Source: Ignavibacteriota bacterium
GTDB taxonomy: Bacteria > Bacteroidota > Ignavibacteria > UBA10030 > CAVZMI01
Reading direction: 5' to 3'
Length of the DNA: 64,000 bases
NCBI GenBank assembly: GCA_963776275.1
Contig: CAVZMI010000018.1
Span: 1 to 64,000 of the forward strand
Part shown: positions 1 to 9,183 of the stretch, one piece after another
Numbering within the stretch: position 1 is the first letter of the stretch
How the letters are laid out: every line of letters begins with the position of its first letter
Notes under the pieces: model-generated
The model's input: only the letters and a program-made list of their open reading frames with translations
Databases searched by the model: none
Told to the model about the DNA's origin: nothing
Position numbers and translations under genes: made by a program

Positions 1-1
1 A

Positions 2-664
2 GGAAAAATCTCACGATATGCATGGGGAAATGATTATCATGAGGTTACTAAATCCATGGTCGACACCCTCGCTAATTTGCTTCATGAAAACTTCACGGGG
101 ATTGAAACGAAAGCGTATGTGGATACAGGCCCCGTAATGGAAAAAGCCTGGGCAGCAAGGGCGGGAATCGGCTGGCTCGGGAAGCATACAAACATCATCA
201 CGCGCGACGCCGGCTCGTGGATCTTTCTCGGTGAAATCATTACTTCGTTGGAGCTTGTTCCGGATACTCCCATGCAGGATTTTTGCGGTTCCTGTTCGAA
301 ATGCATTGAGGCATGCCCGACTCGGGCCATTATTGCACCCTATGTTGTTGATTCGTCGAAATGTTTATCATATCTTACTATTGAACATCGAGGAGAAATC
401 GATCCGCAGTATAGAGATAAATTCAACGGGTGGATCTATGGATGCGATATCTGCCAGGACGTCTGCCCGTGGAATGAGAGATTTTCTATTCCATCATTGA
501 TTGATGATTTTCGACCTCATGAAGAAAATCTGGCCCCGCAGTTAGATCAATGGAGGAAAATGACAAAGGAGGATTTTTCAAGAAAATTTTCAAAAAGCGC
601 CATAAAACGTGCAAAACACAAAGGATTGATGCGGAATATAGAGTACGCTGTGAATAAAGAATGA
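2..664 (+). CDS. queG: tRNA epoxyqueuosine reductase QueG (5' end outside window)
   Basis: Frame open from position 2 (GKISRYAWGNDYH); VDTGPVMEK motif; CxxCxxCxxxCP and GCDICQDVCPWN Fe-S motifs. Confidence 0.93.
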   Translation, partial: GKISRYAWGNDYHEVTKSMVDTLANLLHENFTGIETKAYVDTGPVMEKAWAARAGIGWLGKHTNIITRDAGSWIFLGEIITSLELVPDTPMQDFCGSCSKCIEACPTRAIIAPYVVDSSKCLSYLTIEHRGEIDPQYRDKFNGWIYGCDICQDVCPWNERFSIPSLIDDFRPHEENLAPQLDQWRKMTKEDFSRKFSKSAIKRAKHKGLMRNIEYAVNKE

Positions 665-807
665 TTCGAAAAGACTATAATGTGATGCATTACCGAGTGT
701 ACCTGCCAAACCGGAATATGTATCGAGGCAACCTCAACACGAATCTTTTATCATTTTTATGCATCAAATGAGTGATACGAATTTAATCTGCTTCCAGGAG
801 ATTTAGT

Positions 808-1761
808 ATGGCAGAAGAAAAACGATATAAAATTATAATTATTGGTTCAGGGCCGGCAGGATTGACGGCTGCATTATATGCTGCACGGGCAAACCTGAAA
901 CCGGCGGTTTTTGAGGGATTTCAGCCCGGCGGACAGCTGACGATTACCACTGATGTTGAGAATTATCCCGGATTCCCCGATGGAATTATGGGACCCGAGA
1001 TGATGGAACTTTTTAGAAAGCAGGCTCAGAAATTTGGAGCCGAAACGATGTTTAAAGATGTAACCGAAGTTGATTTCTCAAAACGGCCTTTCAAAATTGT
1101 GGCGGAAGATGAAATATATTACGGTGATTCGGTCATTATTGCATCAGGCGCATCGGCCAGACTATTAAATATTCCGTCTGAAAAGAAATATATGGGGTAT
1201 GGTGTATCGGCGTGTGCAACATGCGATGGTTTCTTCTTTAAAAATCTCAAGGTTGTTGTTGTCGGCGGCGGGGATACAGCAATGGAAGAGGCACTTTTTC
1301 TTACACGGTTTGCGTCGAAAGTAACTATTGTGCATCGGCGTGATGCCTTGAGGGCGTCGAAATTTATGCAGGAACGTGTTAAGAAAAATCCAAAGATCGT
1401 TTTCGTGTGGAATTCCGTCGTGGATGAAATAGTAGGCCGGGAGGAAAACAATAAAAAGAGTATCATGGGTGTCCGATTACGAAATGTGAAAACCGGAACA
1501 CTATCGGATCTGCAATGCGATGGTGTCTTTGTCGCTATCGGTCATCAACCGAATACCGGGATATTCAAGGGACAAGTCGAATTGGATCAAAAGGAGTATA
1601 TCGTACTTCGGGGAAGGAACACACAGACAAATATTCCGGGTGTGTTTGCCGCAGGCGACGTTGCTGACAGTTCTTATCGCCAGGCGGTTACGGCGGCAGG
1701 GAGCGGATGTATGGCAGCGATCGATGCAGAACGTTTCCTTGAAGCTCAGGAACAAGCGTAG
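808..1761 (+). CDS. trxB: Thioredoxin-disulfide reductase
   Basis: GSGPAG FAD motif, CATCDG active site, GGGDTA NADPH motif; AGGAG SD upstream. Confidence 0.97.
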   Translation: MAEEKRYKIIIIGSGPAGLTAALYAARANLKPAVFEGFQPGGQLTITTDVENYPGFPDGIMGPEMMELFRKQAQKFGAETMFKDVTEVDFSKRPFKIVAEDEIYYGDSVIIASGASARLLNIPSEKKYMGYGVSACATCDGFFFKNLKVVVVGGGDTAMEEALFLTRFASKVTIVHRRDALRASKFMQERVKKNPKIVFVWNSVVDEIVGREENNKKSIMGVRLRNVKTGTLSDLQCDGVFVAIGHQPNTGIFKGQVELDQKEYIVLRGRNTQTNIPGVFAAGDVADSSYRQAVTAAGSGCMAAIDAERFLEAQEQA

Positions 1762-1792
1762 GTACTGTCTAGTAATTGTATTACAAGTTTTT

Positions 1793-1829
1793 AAAAAGTC
1801 CGTCACATTGTGATGGACTTTTTCTTTTT
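1793..1829 (+). terminator. Intrinsic terminator after trxB
   Basis: AAAAAGTCCGTCAC-ATT-GTGATGGACTTTTT hairpin followed by a T-rich tail. Confidence 0.8.
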
Positions 1830-1971
1830 GTCTGTCATAATTTCATTCACTGATATTTCAAAATGTCATTATTCTCTGAAAAATTATCAGTGTTACTGTC
1901 ATTCTGACTGTTACAGTAATTTTCTTCTGACACATATGTCAAAAAAATAGTCAAATTTCATGAATTTAAAA

Positions 1972-1988
1972 TTGGCACATCATTTGAG
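1972..1988 (+). promoter_or_regulatory. Sigma54-like -24/-12 promoter upstream of the hsp20-hsp20-lon genes
   Basis: TTGGCAC-ATCAT-TTGAG; GG-N10-GA spacing (consensus GG-N10-GC); preceded by several TGTCA/TGACA boxes. Confidence 0.55.
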
Positions 1989-2020
1989 ATTTTATTGGTT
2001 AAAAAGACCAGGAGAAAACA

Positions 2021-2434
2021 ATGGAAGTGAAAGTAAATAGTCGCTCGCTTATCGACGAAGTATTGAATGACGGTATATTTGGAGATCTATTCAATACAAG
2101 ATATTATGTTCATCAATATTGTCCTGCTGTCGATATCGACGAAGCCGGGGATTCGTTCGAAGTTGTCGTTGAAGTTCCCGGTGTAGCAAAAGAGGATTTG
2201 AAAGTTTCGATTCATCAGAATATCCTGAGTGTATCCGGTAAGCGTTCCGCATCGTCGAATGATGGAAGACGGAGGATTGTTTCCGAGATATCACGGGGTG
2301 ATTTTTCCAGGAAGTTCAAACTCCCATCGACGGTAAACGTCGATGCGGTGACGACGGAATATACAAACGGTATACTAAGAATTAAACTGCCGAAACAGGA
2401 ACAGTCAAAAGTAAAAGAAATACCTATTAAATAA
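2021..2434 (+). CDS. Hsp20/alpha-crystallin small heat shock protein
   Basis: PAVDIDE...EVPGV...G.F.R.F.LP...NGIL.I.LPK and C-terminal IPI motif. Confidence 0.92.
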   Translation: MEVKVNSRSLIDEVLNDGIFGDLFNTRYYVHQYCPAVDIDEAGDSFEVVVEVPGVAKEDLKVSIHQNILSVSGKRSASSNDGRRRIVSEISRGDFSRKFKLPSTVNVDAVTTEYTNGILRIKLPKQEQSKVKEIPIK

Positions 2435-2487
2435 TATTAATTATCAATCAGTAAAAATCTATATACAAGAACAGGAGGGTTAACACT

Positions 2488-2977
2488 ATGGCACTCATTC
2501 GTTGGAAACCGACGTATGACATTGCATCGTGGACGCCGATGGCCGATCTTTCCACGGAACTGTTCTCGATGCAAGACGAAATCAATCGTGTTTTCGATCG
2601 GTTCTTCAACCGCGGGACAGCTGATGACAACAATCTTCGTATCAACAACTGGTATCCGAATGTTGAACGTCACTGAAAAAGAAGATGCATACGTCATGAA
2701 AGTTGAACTTCCCGGAGTCTCGAAGGACGATGTGAAAATCACACTGAAGGAAAATCTCTTGACGATTCACGGCGAGAAGAAGAGAGAGAAGGAAGAAAAA
2801 GATAAGAGCTACTTCCGCAGTGAACGTGTCTACGGTTCGTTCGAGAGGACGTTTACTCTTCCTTCATTAGTAAAAGGAGAAAAGATCGAGGCAAACTTTA
2901 AGGACGGTGTGCTGACGATCGAAATCCCCAAAGCTGAGGAAGTAAAACCGAAAGAGATCCAGATCAAGGCTGCCTGA
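2488..2977 (+). CDS. Second Hsp20 small heat shock protein, with one +1 frameshift near 2666 (probably a sequencing error)
   Basis: MALIRWKP..WYPNV(D)VTE joins to ELPGV..YGSFERTFTLP..DGVLTIEIPK..IQI after removing one A; AGGAGG SD. Confidence 0.88.
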
Positions 2978-2993
2978 ATTATAGAATGCCTAC

Positions 2994-3026
2994 AAGAGCG
3001 GGTACAAGGTGGGAGTACCCGCTCTT
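2994..3026 (+). terminator. Strong hairpin after the second hsp20 (terminator or mRNA-stabilising stem)
   Basis: AAGAGCGGGTAC ... GTACCCGCTCTT perfect 12-bp inverted repeat. Confidence 0.65.
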
Positions 3027-3230
3027 ATATATAAATTATTACTGCAATACTAAAAAATATCTGGAGGAGCCGGATTGTTATAGTCGATGACATCAAAAAG
3101 CAATATGTTTATAATAAAAAGATAAATCATTGAAATCCCTTATTTGTATGGAGATAAATCCGTATGAAAAAGTGGAACTTTGTGCGTTCCCGGTTGGTTA
3201 TCCGATGAGATAGGAAAGAAGGGTCGTGTG

Positions 3231-5621
3231 ATGTCAATGAAAACATCAGCTCCTGACAATATCAATGTACCGGAAGTTCTTCCGGTAATTCCCTTACGCA
3301 ACACTGTATTCTATCCCGGGCAGGTCATACCGCTATCGATCGGTCGTGAAAGTACGATCAAAGTCGTCGATGAAGCGGTTCACTCGAATTCGACAATCCT
3401 TCTTCTCGCCCAGAAGGATTCCTCAGTCGATGTCCCGATTCCGGCTGATGTCTATAACTTCGGTACTACGGCCAAAATCCTAAAAGTTTATGCCTTGCCT
3501 GACGGGACAAAGAGTGTCCTTGTGCAGGGAATGTACCGCGCTAAAGTGTTAAATTTCGTACAGACGGAACCGTACTTGCGTGCTCTTTCACAGCGTGTTG
3601 GCGATGAAGAAACAGCGGATGTTGAAGAAGAAGCCCTTGTCGCAAACATACGCTCTCTGTTTCGAAAAGTTGTCGACCTCTCGAATGATCTCACTTCGGA
3701 GCACCTCACAATCGTTATGAACATGCAGGAACAGGACCACTCGCTGATGTGATAATGTCGCTCGTAAATGCAAATATACAGGAAAAACAGGACGTCCTTG
3801 AAAGTCTCAAGGTGAAGGAACGTCTTGTAAAAACAAATCTTGCTTTGAATAAACTTGTCCAGCGGCTGGAACTTGGAAACAAGATCCAATCTGATGTCCA
3901 GGATGAAATAAGCAAGACTCAACGCGAATATTATCTCCGTGAGCAAATGAAAGCAATTCGGAAAGAACTCGGGGAAGATGAGGGAAATGTTGAAATCAAG
4001 GAACTCAGGAATAAAATAGATGAAACAAAATTCCCCCAGGAAGTGAAAACCATTGCCGATAAAGAACTCGATCGGCTTTCACGGATGAGTCCCGCCTCTG
4101 CCGAGTATACCGTATCGCGAACGTATCTCGACTGGCTCCTGGAACTTCCCTGGAGTGTAAGCACGGAAGATCGGCTTGACATCAAAAAGGCCGGGGAAGT
4201 GCTTAATGACGAGCATTACGGTCTGGATAAAGTGAAAAAGCGTATTCTGGAATATCTTGCCGTCCGGAAATTGAAAAAAGATATGAAGGGTCCGATTTTG
4301 TGTTTCGTGGGTCCTTCCGGGTGTAGGTAAAACCTCGCTGGGTCGATCGATTGCGAATGCCCTTGGGCGAAAATTTATTAGAATCTCGCTCGGCGGTGTG
4401 CATGATGAAGCCGAAATCAGGGGTCATCGACGGACTTATATCGGCGCTTTACCGGGACGGATAATTCAGGGATTGAAAAAAGCTGGATCGAATAATCCTG
4501 TCTTTATGCTCGATGAAGTGGATAAGATAGGAATGGATTTTCGGGGTGATCCATCCTCGGCCTTGCTTGAAGTCCTCGATCCGGAACAAAACTTTTCATT
4601 CAGCGATCATTATATTGAAGCGGCGTTTGATTTGTCGAATGTAATGTTTATCACTACCGGAAATATGCTGGAACCGATTCCTCCGGCACTGCGGGATCGA
4701 ATGGAGATCATTGAGATTCCCAGTTACACCGAAGAGGAAAAGCTGATGATCGCAAAACGCTTCCTCGTGCCTAAACAAATCAAAGAACACGGCTTGAAGG
4801 ATAAGAGTCTGGTATTCGAAGACGTTGCGCTGAAAAAAATCATCAACGCATATACCAAGGAAGCCGGTGTACGTTCGCTCGAGCGCAGGATTGCAGATGT
4901 CTGCCGCGGTGCTGCCCGGGACATCGTTGAAGGGAAAAAAGAGGAGCGGGTTATTGGGAGCGATGATGTTGTTGCGTTTCTTGGGAAAGATAAGTTTTAT
5001 TCGGAAGTGTCCGAGAGGATTTCCAAACCGGGGATTGCTACTGGGCTTGCATGGACTCCCGTCGGTGGTGATATTCTTTTCATCGAAGCGACGAAAATGA
5101 AGGGGAAGGGGGCTCTGATCATCACCGGTCAACTCGGTGATATTATGAAGGAATCTATTCAGGCGGCTGTGAGTTATATCGCTTCGAATAGCGGGGATCT
5201 GGGGATCGAGCAGAACTTCAAGGAAAAATACGATATACATGTTCATGTGCCAGCGGGAGCAATTCCAAAGGACGGTCCATCAGCGGGGGTGACGATGTTG
5301 ACGGCATTGGTGTCATTGCTTACCGATCGCCATGTTCGGAATGATCTTGCAATGACCGGAGAGATCACCTTACGCGGTGCTGTGTTACCTATCGGCGGCG
5401 TGAAAGAGAAAGTCCTGGCTGCCGCACGGGCGGGAATTACCACGATTGTTTTGCCTGATCGAAACCGTGCCGATGTCGAGGAAATTCCGGAGAACGTCCG
5501 GCAATCAATCAATTTTTCCTTTGTCAAGGAAATGGGAGAAGTGTTGAAGATCGCTTTGCAGCCGAAAAAAGCATCTCGCTTGAAATTGTCTAAGAAAAAC
5601 AAAACAAGGAAAAAACAATAA
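3231..5621 (+). CDS. lon: ATP-dependent protease La (Lon), split into three ORFs by two frameshifts (~3733, ~4315)
   Basis: LON N-domain LPVIPLRN; Walker A restored as VGPPGVGKT; LLDEVDK-type Walker B (MLDEVDK); PKDGPSAG catalytic Ser motif. Confidence 0.95.
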
Positions 5622-5679
5622 AAACATTGGGAAACTCTACGAACTCATCATATCCATTCAGAGAATGTCGAATCTTTTA

Positions 5680-5708
5680 TTGACTTTTTCTCCAACCTTT
5701 TGTATAAT
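5680..5708 (+). promoter_or_regulatory. Sigma70 promoter of sppA
   Basis: TTGACT-17bp-TATAAT. Confidence 0.7.
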
Positions 5709-5741
5709 ACATTCAAAATCAATAACTTATCGCATCCATCC

Positions 5742-6665
5742 ATGACAAAGAACACGAAGATTATCCTCTGGTTCCTCGGTATTTGTGGAGTCATATTGAT
5801 CGTCTTTTTCAGTTTTGGGATTATCTTCCTTAAAAACATATCTTCCTCTGATGAGACATATGAAGTGACAATGGGGAAATCATCCGGCGATAAACTTGCG
5901 GTTATTGAATTGAAGGAAGAAATCATTTCGTCGGAAGAAATCGTCCGCCAGTTTAAAAAATACGGTGACGATAAATCGATCAAGGGTATCGTATTCCGGG
6001 TTGAATCACCCGGCGGCGGGGTTGTCGCCAGCCAGGAAATTTATGAGGCGGTACGTAAAGTTCGTGATAAGGGGAAGCCGGTCGTCGTCTCGATGGGATC
6101 AGTTGCAGCGAGCGGTGGATATTATGTTTCATGCGGCGGCTCAAGAATAGTGGCAAATCGGGGGACGCTGACAGGCAGCATCGGTGTTATCATGGAATTT
6201 ATACATTTTAATAAATTAATGGATAAGATCGGTATTGACGCAACTACAGTCAAAACCGGGAAATTAAAAGATGCAGGATCACCCAAGCGTTCACCCACCG
6301 AAGAGGATAAAAAATATTTCAAAGCGATTACGAATGATGTGTATGAGCAGTTTATCAGAGTTGTGATCGAAGAAAGAGAGCTTTCGAGGGATACGGTACT
6401 TGCATTAGCCGATGGACGTGTGTTCACCGGTGAACAGGCGCTCCGAGTAGGACTGATCGATACATTGGGAACCTATGAGGACGCGGTGAGCATCGCTGCC
6501 GGACTTGCAAGGATTAAAGGTGAACCGCAGCTTGTGAAGGAACGAAAACGTCGTTACACAATTTATGAATCACTCTTTGGATCCGTCAAAGAGGAACTTG
6601 GTGATCTTAAGCAGAAATTTTTACAGCAGCCAATCCTGCAATACCGGCTTGCAGAACCTTTTTAA
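5742..6665 (+). CDS. sppA: Signal peptide peptidase SppA (short, 36K type)
   Basis: N-terminal TM helix; ESPGG, AASGGYY and GSIGV motifs. Confidence 0.93.
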   Translation: MTKNTKIILWFLGICGVILIVFFSFGIIFLKNISSSDETYEVTMGKSSGDKLAVIELKEEIISSEEIVRQFKKYGDDKSIKGIVFRVESPGGGVVASQEIYEAVRKVRDKGKPVVVSMGSVAASGGYYVSCGGSRIVANRGTLTGSIGVIMEFIHFNKLMDKIGIDATTVKTGKLKDAGSPKRSPTEEDKKYFKAITNDVYEQFIRVVIEERELSRDTVLALADGRVFTGEQALRVGLIDTLGTYEDAVSIAAGLARIKGEPQLVKERKRRYTIYESLFGSVKEELGDLKQKFLQQPILQYRLAEPF

Positions 6666-6749
6666 CTTGTGCCCCTCCAATTATTATAAGAAGGGGTATT
6701 GTGGACGTGGGTGAGTCCAATGTGATCCTACGAGAGAGGAGATACACAG

Positions 6750-7049
6750 GTGACAAAAGCAGACATCGTTGATGTGATCGCATCAGCAACGGGACTGACG
6801 AAGGTCGAGACCGAAGCGGTTGTCGACGGTTTCATTTCCACTGTAATCGACACACTTAAAGATGGAAAAAATATTGAAATTCGGGGGTTCGGAAGCTTCA
6901 AAGTGAAAAAGCGGAAGGGACGGATTGCACGTAATCCGCGGACGGGCGAACAGGTGAAGGTCGATGAACATTATGTTCCATTGTTCAAGGTTTCAAAGGA
7001 GCTGAAGAGCCTGGTGAATGTGAACCTTAAACAGCGTGAACAGCCATAA
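6750..7049 (+). CDS. HU/IHF-family histone-like DNA-binding protein
   Basis: MTKADIV..IEIRGFGSF..ARNPRTGE; GTG start after AGGAG. Confidence 0.95.
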   Translation: MTKADIVDVIASATGLTKVETEAVVDGFISTVIDTLKDGKNIEIRGFGSFKVKKRKGRIARNPRTGEQVKVDEHYVPLFKVSKELKSLVNVNLKQREQP

Positions 7050-7061
7050 GCGTAAGGAAAA

Positions 7062-7928
7062 GTGGGGAGGATGTCTGCTTTGAAATGTCATGCATGTGAA
7101 AATGAACTCCCCCTCAAGGCCCGATTCTGTCCGTCATGTGGCGTGAAAATAGAGCTGGAAGATATACCGGCAGCGGAGGGAGAACATCATGAAAAGCAGA
7201 AGGAAATAATTACATGCCGGAATTGTGGTTCGGGAAATGATGCAGAGCTGACATATTGTGAAAGTTGTGGTGCACGTCTCTCCAGAGCCCTTCAGAATGA
7301 AAATGATGTAATCACATACCAGAGGAAACAATCACAAGAAAAAATAAGAAAGGGGAAAAAGAGGGGGAAGATAGAAATTCGGCACATTGCGATTATCTTC
7401 GCAGTCTTTACAGTGATTATCATTGTGCTGTACTTCATAGTGAAAAATGAGAGTGAAACCTCCGTCACACAGGGACCGTCGGCCATGGCGGCTCCGCTTG
7501 AAGCAAAGATAAGTGCCAAAATTGATAGTCTTGAAATTGTGGTCAGGGAAAATCCAGAGGATCCTGCTGCACGATTGAAACTTGCCAATGCATTACACGA
7601 TGCTCAAAAATTTTTCGAGGCGATCGGAGAATATCAAAATTATCTTGTGCTCAATCCGCGCGATGTCGATGCAAGGGTAGACATGGGAATATGTTACTTC
7701 GAGCTCCGGGATTATTCATCGGCTCGTGCCGAGATGGAAAAAGGACTGTTGATCGACCCGAAGCACCAGCTTGCACATTTCAATCTCGGGATTGTAAGCC
7801 TGCAGGAACGGAATATTGAACAGGCCCGAGTATGGTTTGAAAAAACGATTGCGATTGATTCGACAAACAATATTGCGAAACGTTCGCGAATGATGATCCA
7901 ACAGCATTCATTTCCTGTGAAAAAATAA
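7062..7928 (+). CDS. Double zinc-ribbon / TM / TPR membrane protein
   Basis: CHAC, CPSC, CRNC and CESC pairs; one hydrophobic helix; C-terminal TPR repeats (AHFNLG). Confidence 0.75.
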   Translation: MGRMSALKCHACENELPLKARFCPSCGVKIELEDIPAAEGEHHEKQKEIITCRNCGSGNDAELTYCESCGARLSRALQNENDVITYQRKQSQEKIRKGKKRGKIEIRHIAIIFAVFTVIIIVLYFIVKNESETSVTQGPSAMAAPLEAKISAKIDSLEIVVRENPEDPAARLKLANALHDAQKFFEAIGEYQNYLVLNPRDVDARVDMGICYFELRDYSSARAEMEKGLLIDPKHQLAHFNLGIVSLQERNIEQARVWFEKTIAIDSTNNIAKRSRMMIQQHSFPVKK

Positions 7929-7957
7929 ATAGCGTCCTCAAAGGAGGTGAACACCAG

Positions 7958-8053
7958 ATGCCCAGCGGCAAAAAACGTAAACGTCATAAAATGGCGACCC
8001 ACAAGCGGAAGAAACGACTGAGAAAAATGCGGCATAAAAAGAAGATCCGCTAG
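7958..8053 (+). CDS. Small basic ribosomal protein bS22 (AURKAIP1/COX24 family), 31 aa; below the ORF-track cutoff
   Basis: MPSGKKRKRHKMATHKRKKRLRKMRHKKKIR*; full AAGGAGGTGA SD. Confidence 0.9.
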   Translation: MPSGKKRKRHKMATHKRKKRLRKMRHKKKIR

Positions 8054-8153
8054 TGTTGTTATGAAGAGAAAATAAATGTATTTGAAGCATCGTTGTTACC
8101 CGTTGATCTTAAGGTATGTTTTCATCGCCACGGCAACGGGTAAGAGGGGGTTC

Positions 8154-8182
8154 TTGCATTTTGTATCAACGCTTCTTATACT
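8154..8182 (+). promoter_or_regulatory. Sigma70-like promoter of the YtxH/DUF948 pair
   Basis: TTGCAT-17bp-TATACT. Confidence 0.55.
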
Positions 8183-8235
8183 GAAAAAGTCAAGCAATGA
8201 AGGAGTGCGTAGTGTTTTTTTAAAAGAGGATACCC

Positions 8236-8631
8236 ATGGAACAAGAAGATTCAGCAATAAAAGGATTCTTAATAGGATTTCTCGCGGGAGGTCTTATTGG
8301 CGCGGCGATTGCGCTTCTTTATGCACCTAAAAGCGGAAAAGAATTACGCGCAGATATAAAGAATAAAGCTGGTGAAATAGCCGACGATGCCGAGCAGTAT
8401 CTGACAGTGGCAAAACACAAGGCGGTTGATATCATCAATGAAGGTAAAAAAAAGTCTGATCAACTGATTTCAGACGCTCGGGAGAAGGCTCAGACACTTC
8501 TCACTGATGCCGAGCGGATCCTTACCGATGCCCGTGAGAAAGCAGGAGTTGTCGTTGAAGAGGGAAGCCGTATTAAAAGCGCGGTGAAAGCGGGTGTCCA
8601 TGCGTTTAAAGATGAACGTTCGCGTTCATAA
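8236..8631 (+). CDS. YtxH-domain protein
   Basis: GFL.G.L.GG..GAA.ALLYAPKSGKELR signature followed by a coiled coil. Confidence 0.9.
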   Translation: MEQEDSAIKGFLIGFLAGGLIGAAIALLYAPKSGKELRADIKNKAGEIADDAEQYLTVAKHKAVDIINEGKKKSDQLISDAREKAQTLLTDAERILTDAREKAGVVVEEGSRIKSAVKAGVHAFKDERSRS

Positions 8632-8662
8632 ATTTGTGTACTCGTGATTATAAGGAACTCCT

Positions 8663-9049
8663 GTGGAACTAATCCTTCGCATTGCCGAGATAGCAGCATT
8701 GTTTTCTGCCGTCGTGTTATCAATATACCTCATCATCGTTCTTGTAAAAGTGAAAGAAACGTTGATCTCGATCGAAAAGGACTTTAAGGAGATCAGCAAT
8801 AAAGCGGTTCCCGTCTTCGAGAATCTCGAATTCATCACTTCAAAATTCAAGAACGTCGCTGATTCAATCAATAGTGAGGTCGAGAATATCAAGGAATCGG
8901 TAAAGACGATGCGCGAGATCGCCGATAATATTGTGACGTTCGAACGCCGTCTCCAGGATCGCGTTGAAGTTCCGATCATGGAAGCAGCATCTTTTTTCTC
9001 TGCTGTCGTCCGAGGAATTAAAGTCTTCACCGAGCGACTCCGAAAGTGA
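8663..9049 (+). CDS. DUF948/YtxG-like membrane-anchored coiled-coil protein
   Basis: N-terminal TM helix plus amphipathic heptads; the usual partner of YtxH. Confidence 0.7.
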   Translation: MELILRIAEIAALFSAVVLSIYLIIVLVKVKETLISIEKDFKEISNKAVPVFENLEFITSKFKNVADSINSEVENIKESVKTMREIADNIVTFERRLQDRVEVPIMEAASFFSAVVRGIKVFTERLRK

Positions 9050-9183
9050 TATTCGCTCGAAGCCCTCAAGCGTGGACTATCCATCCCCTGGAAGGTGGAG
9101 TGTTTCCCTATCATCAACCGACGTATTGTACTAAGCTCGGTTGGAGTGTAGTATTACATCGTCAGAGAGAGGAGTAAAATATT

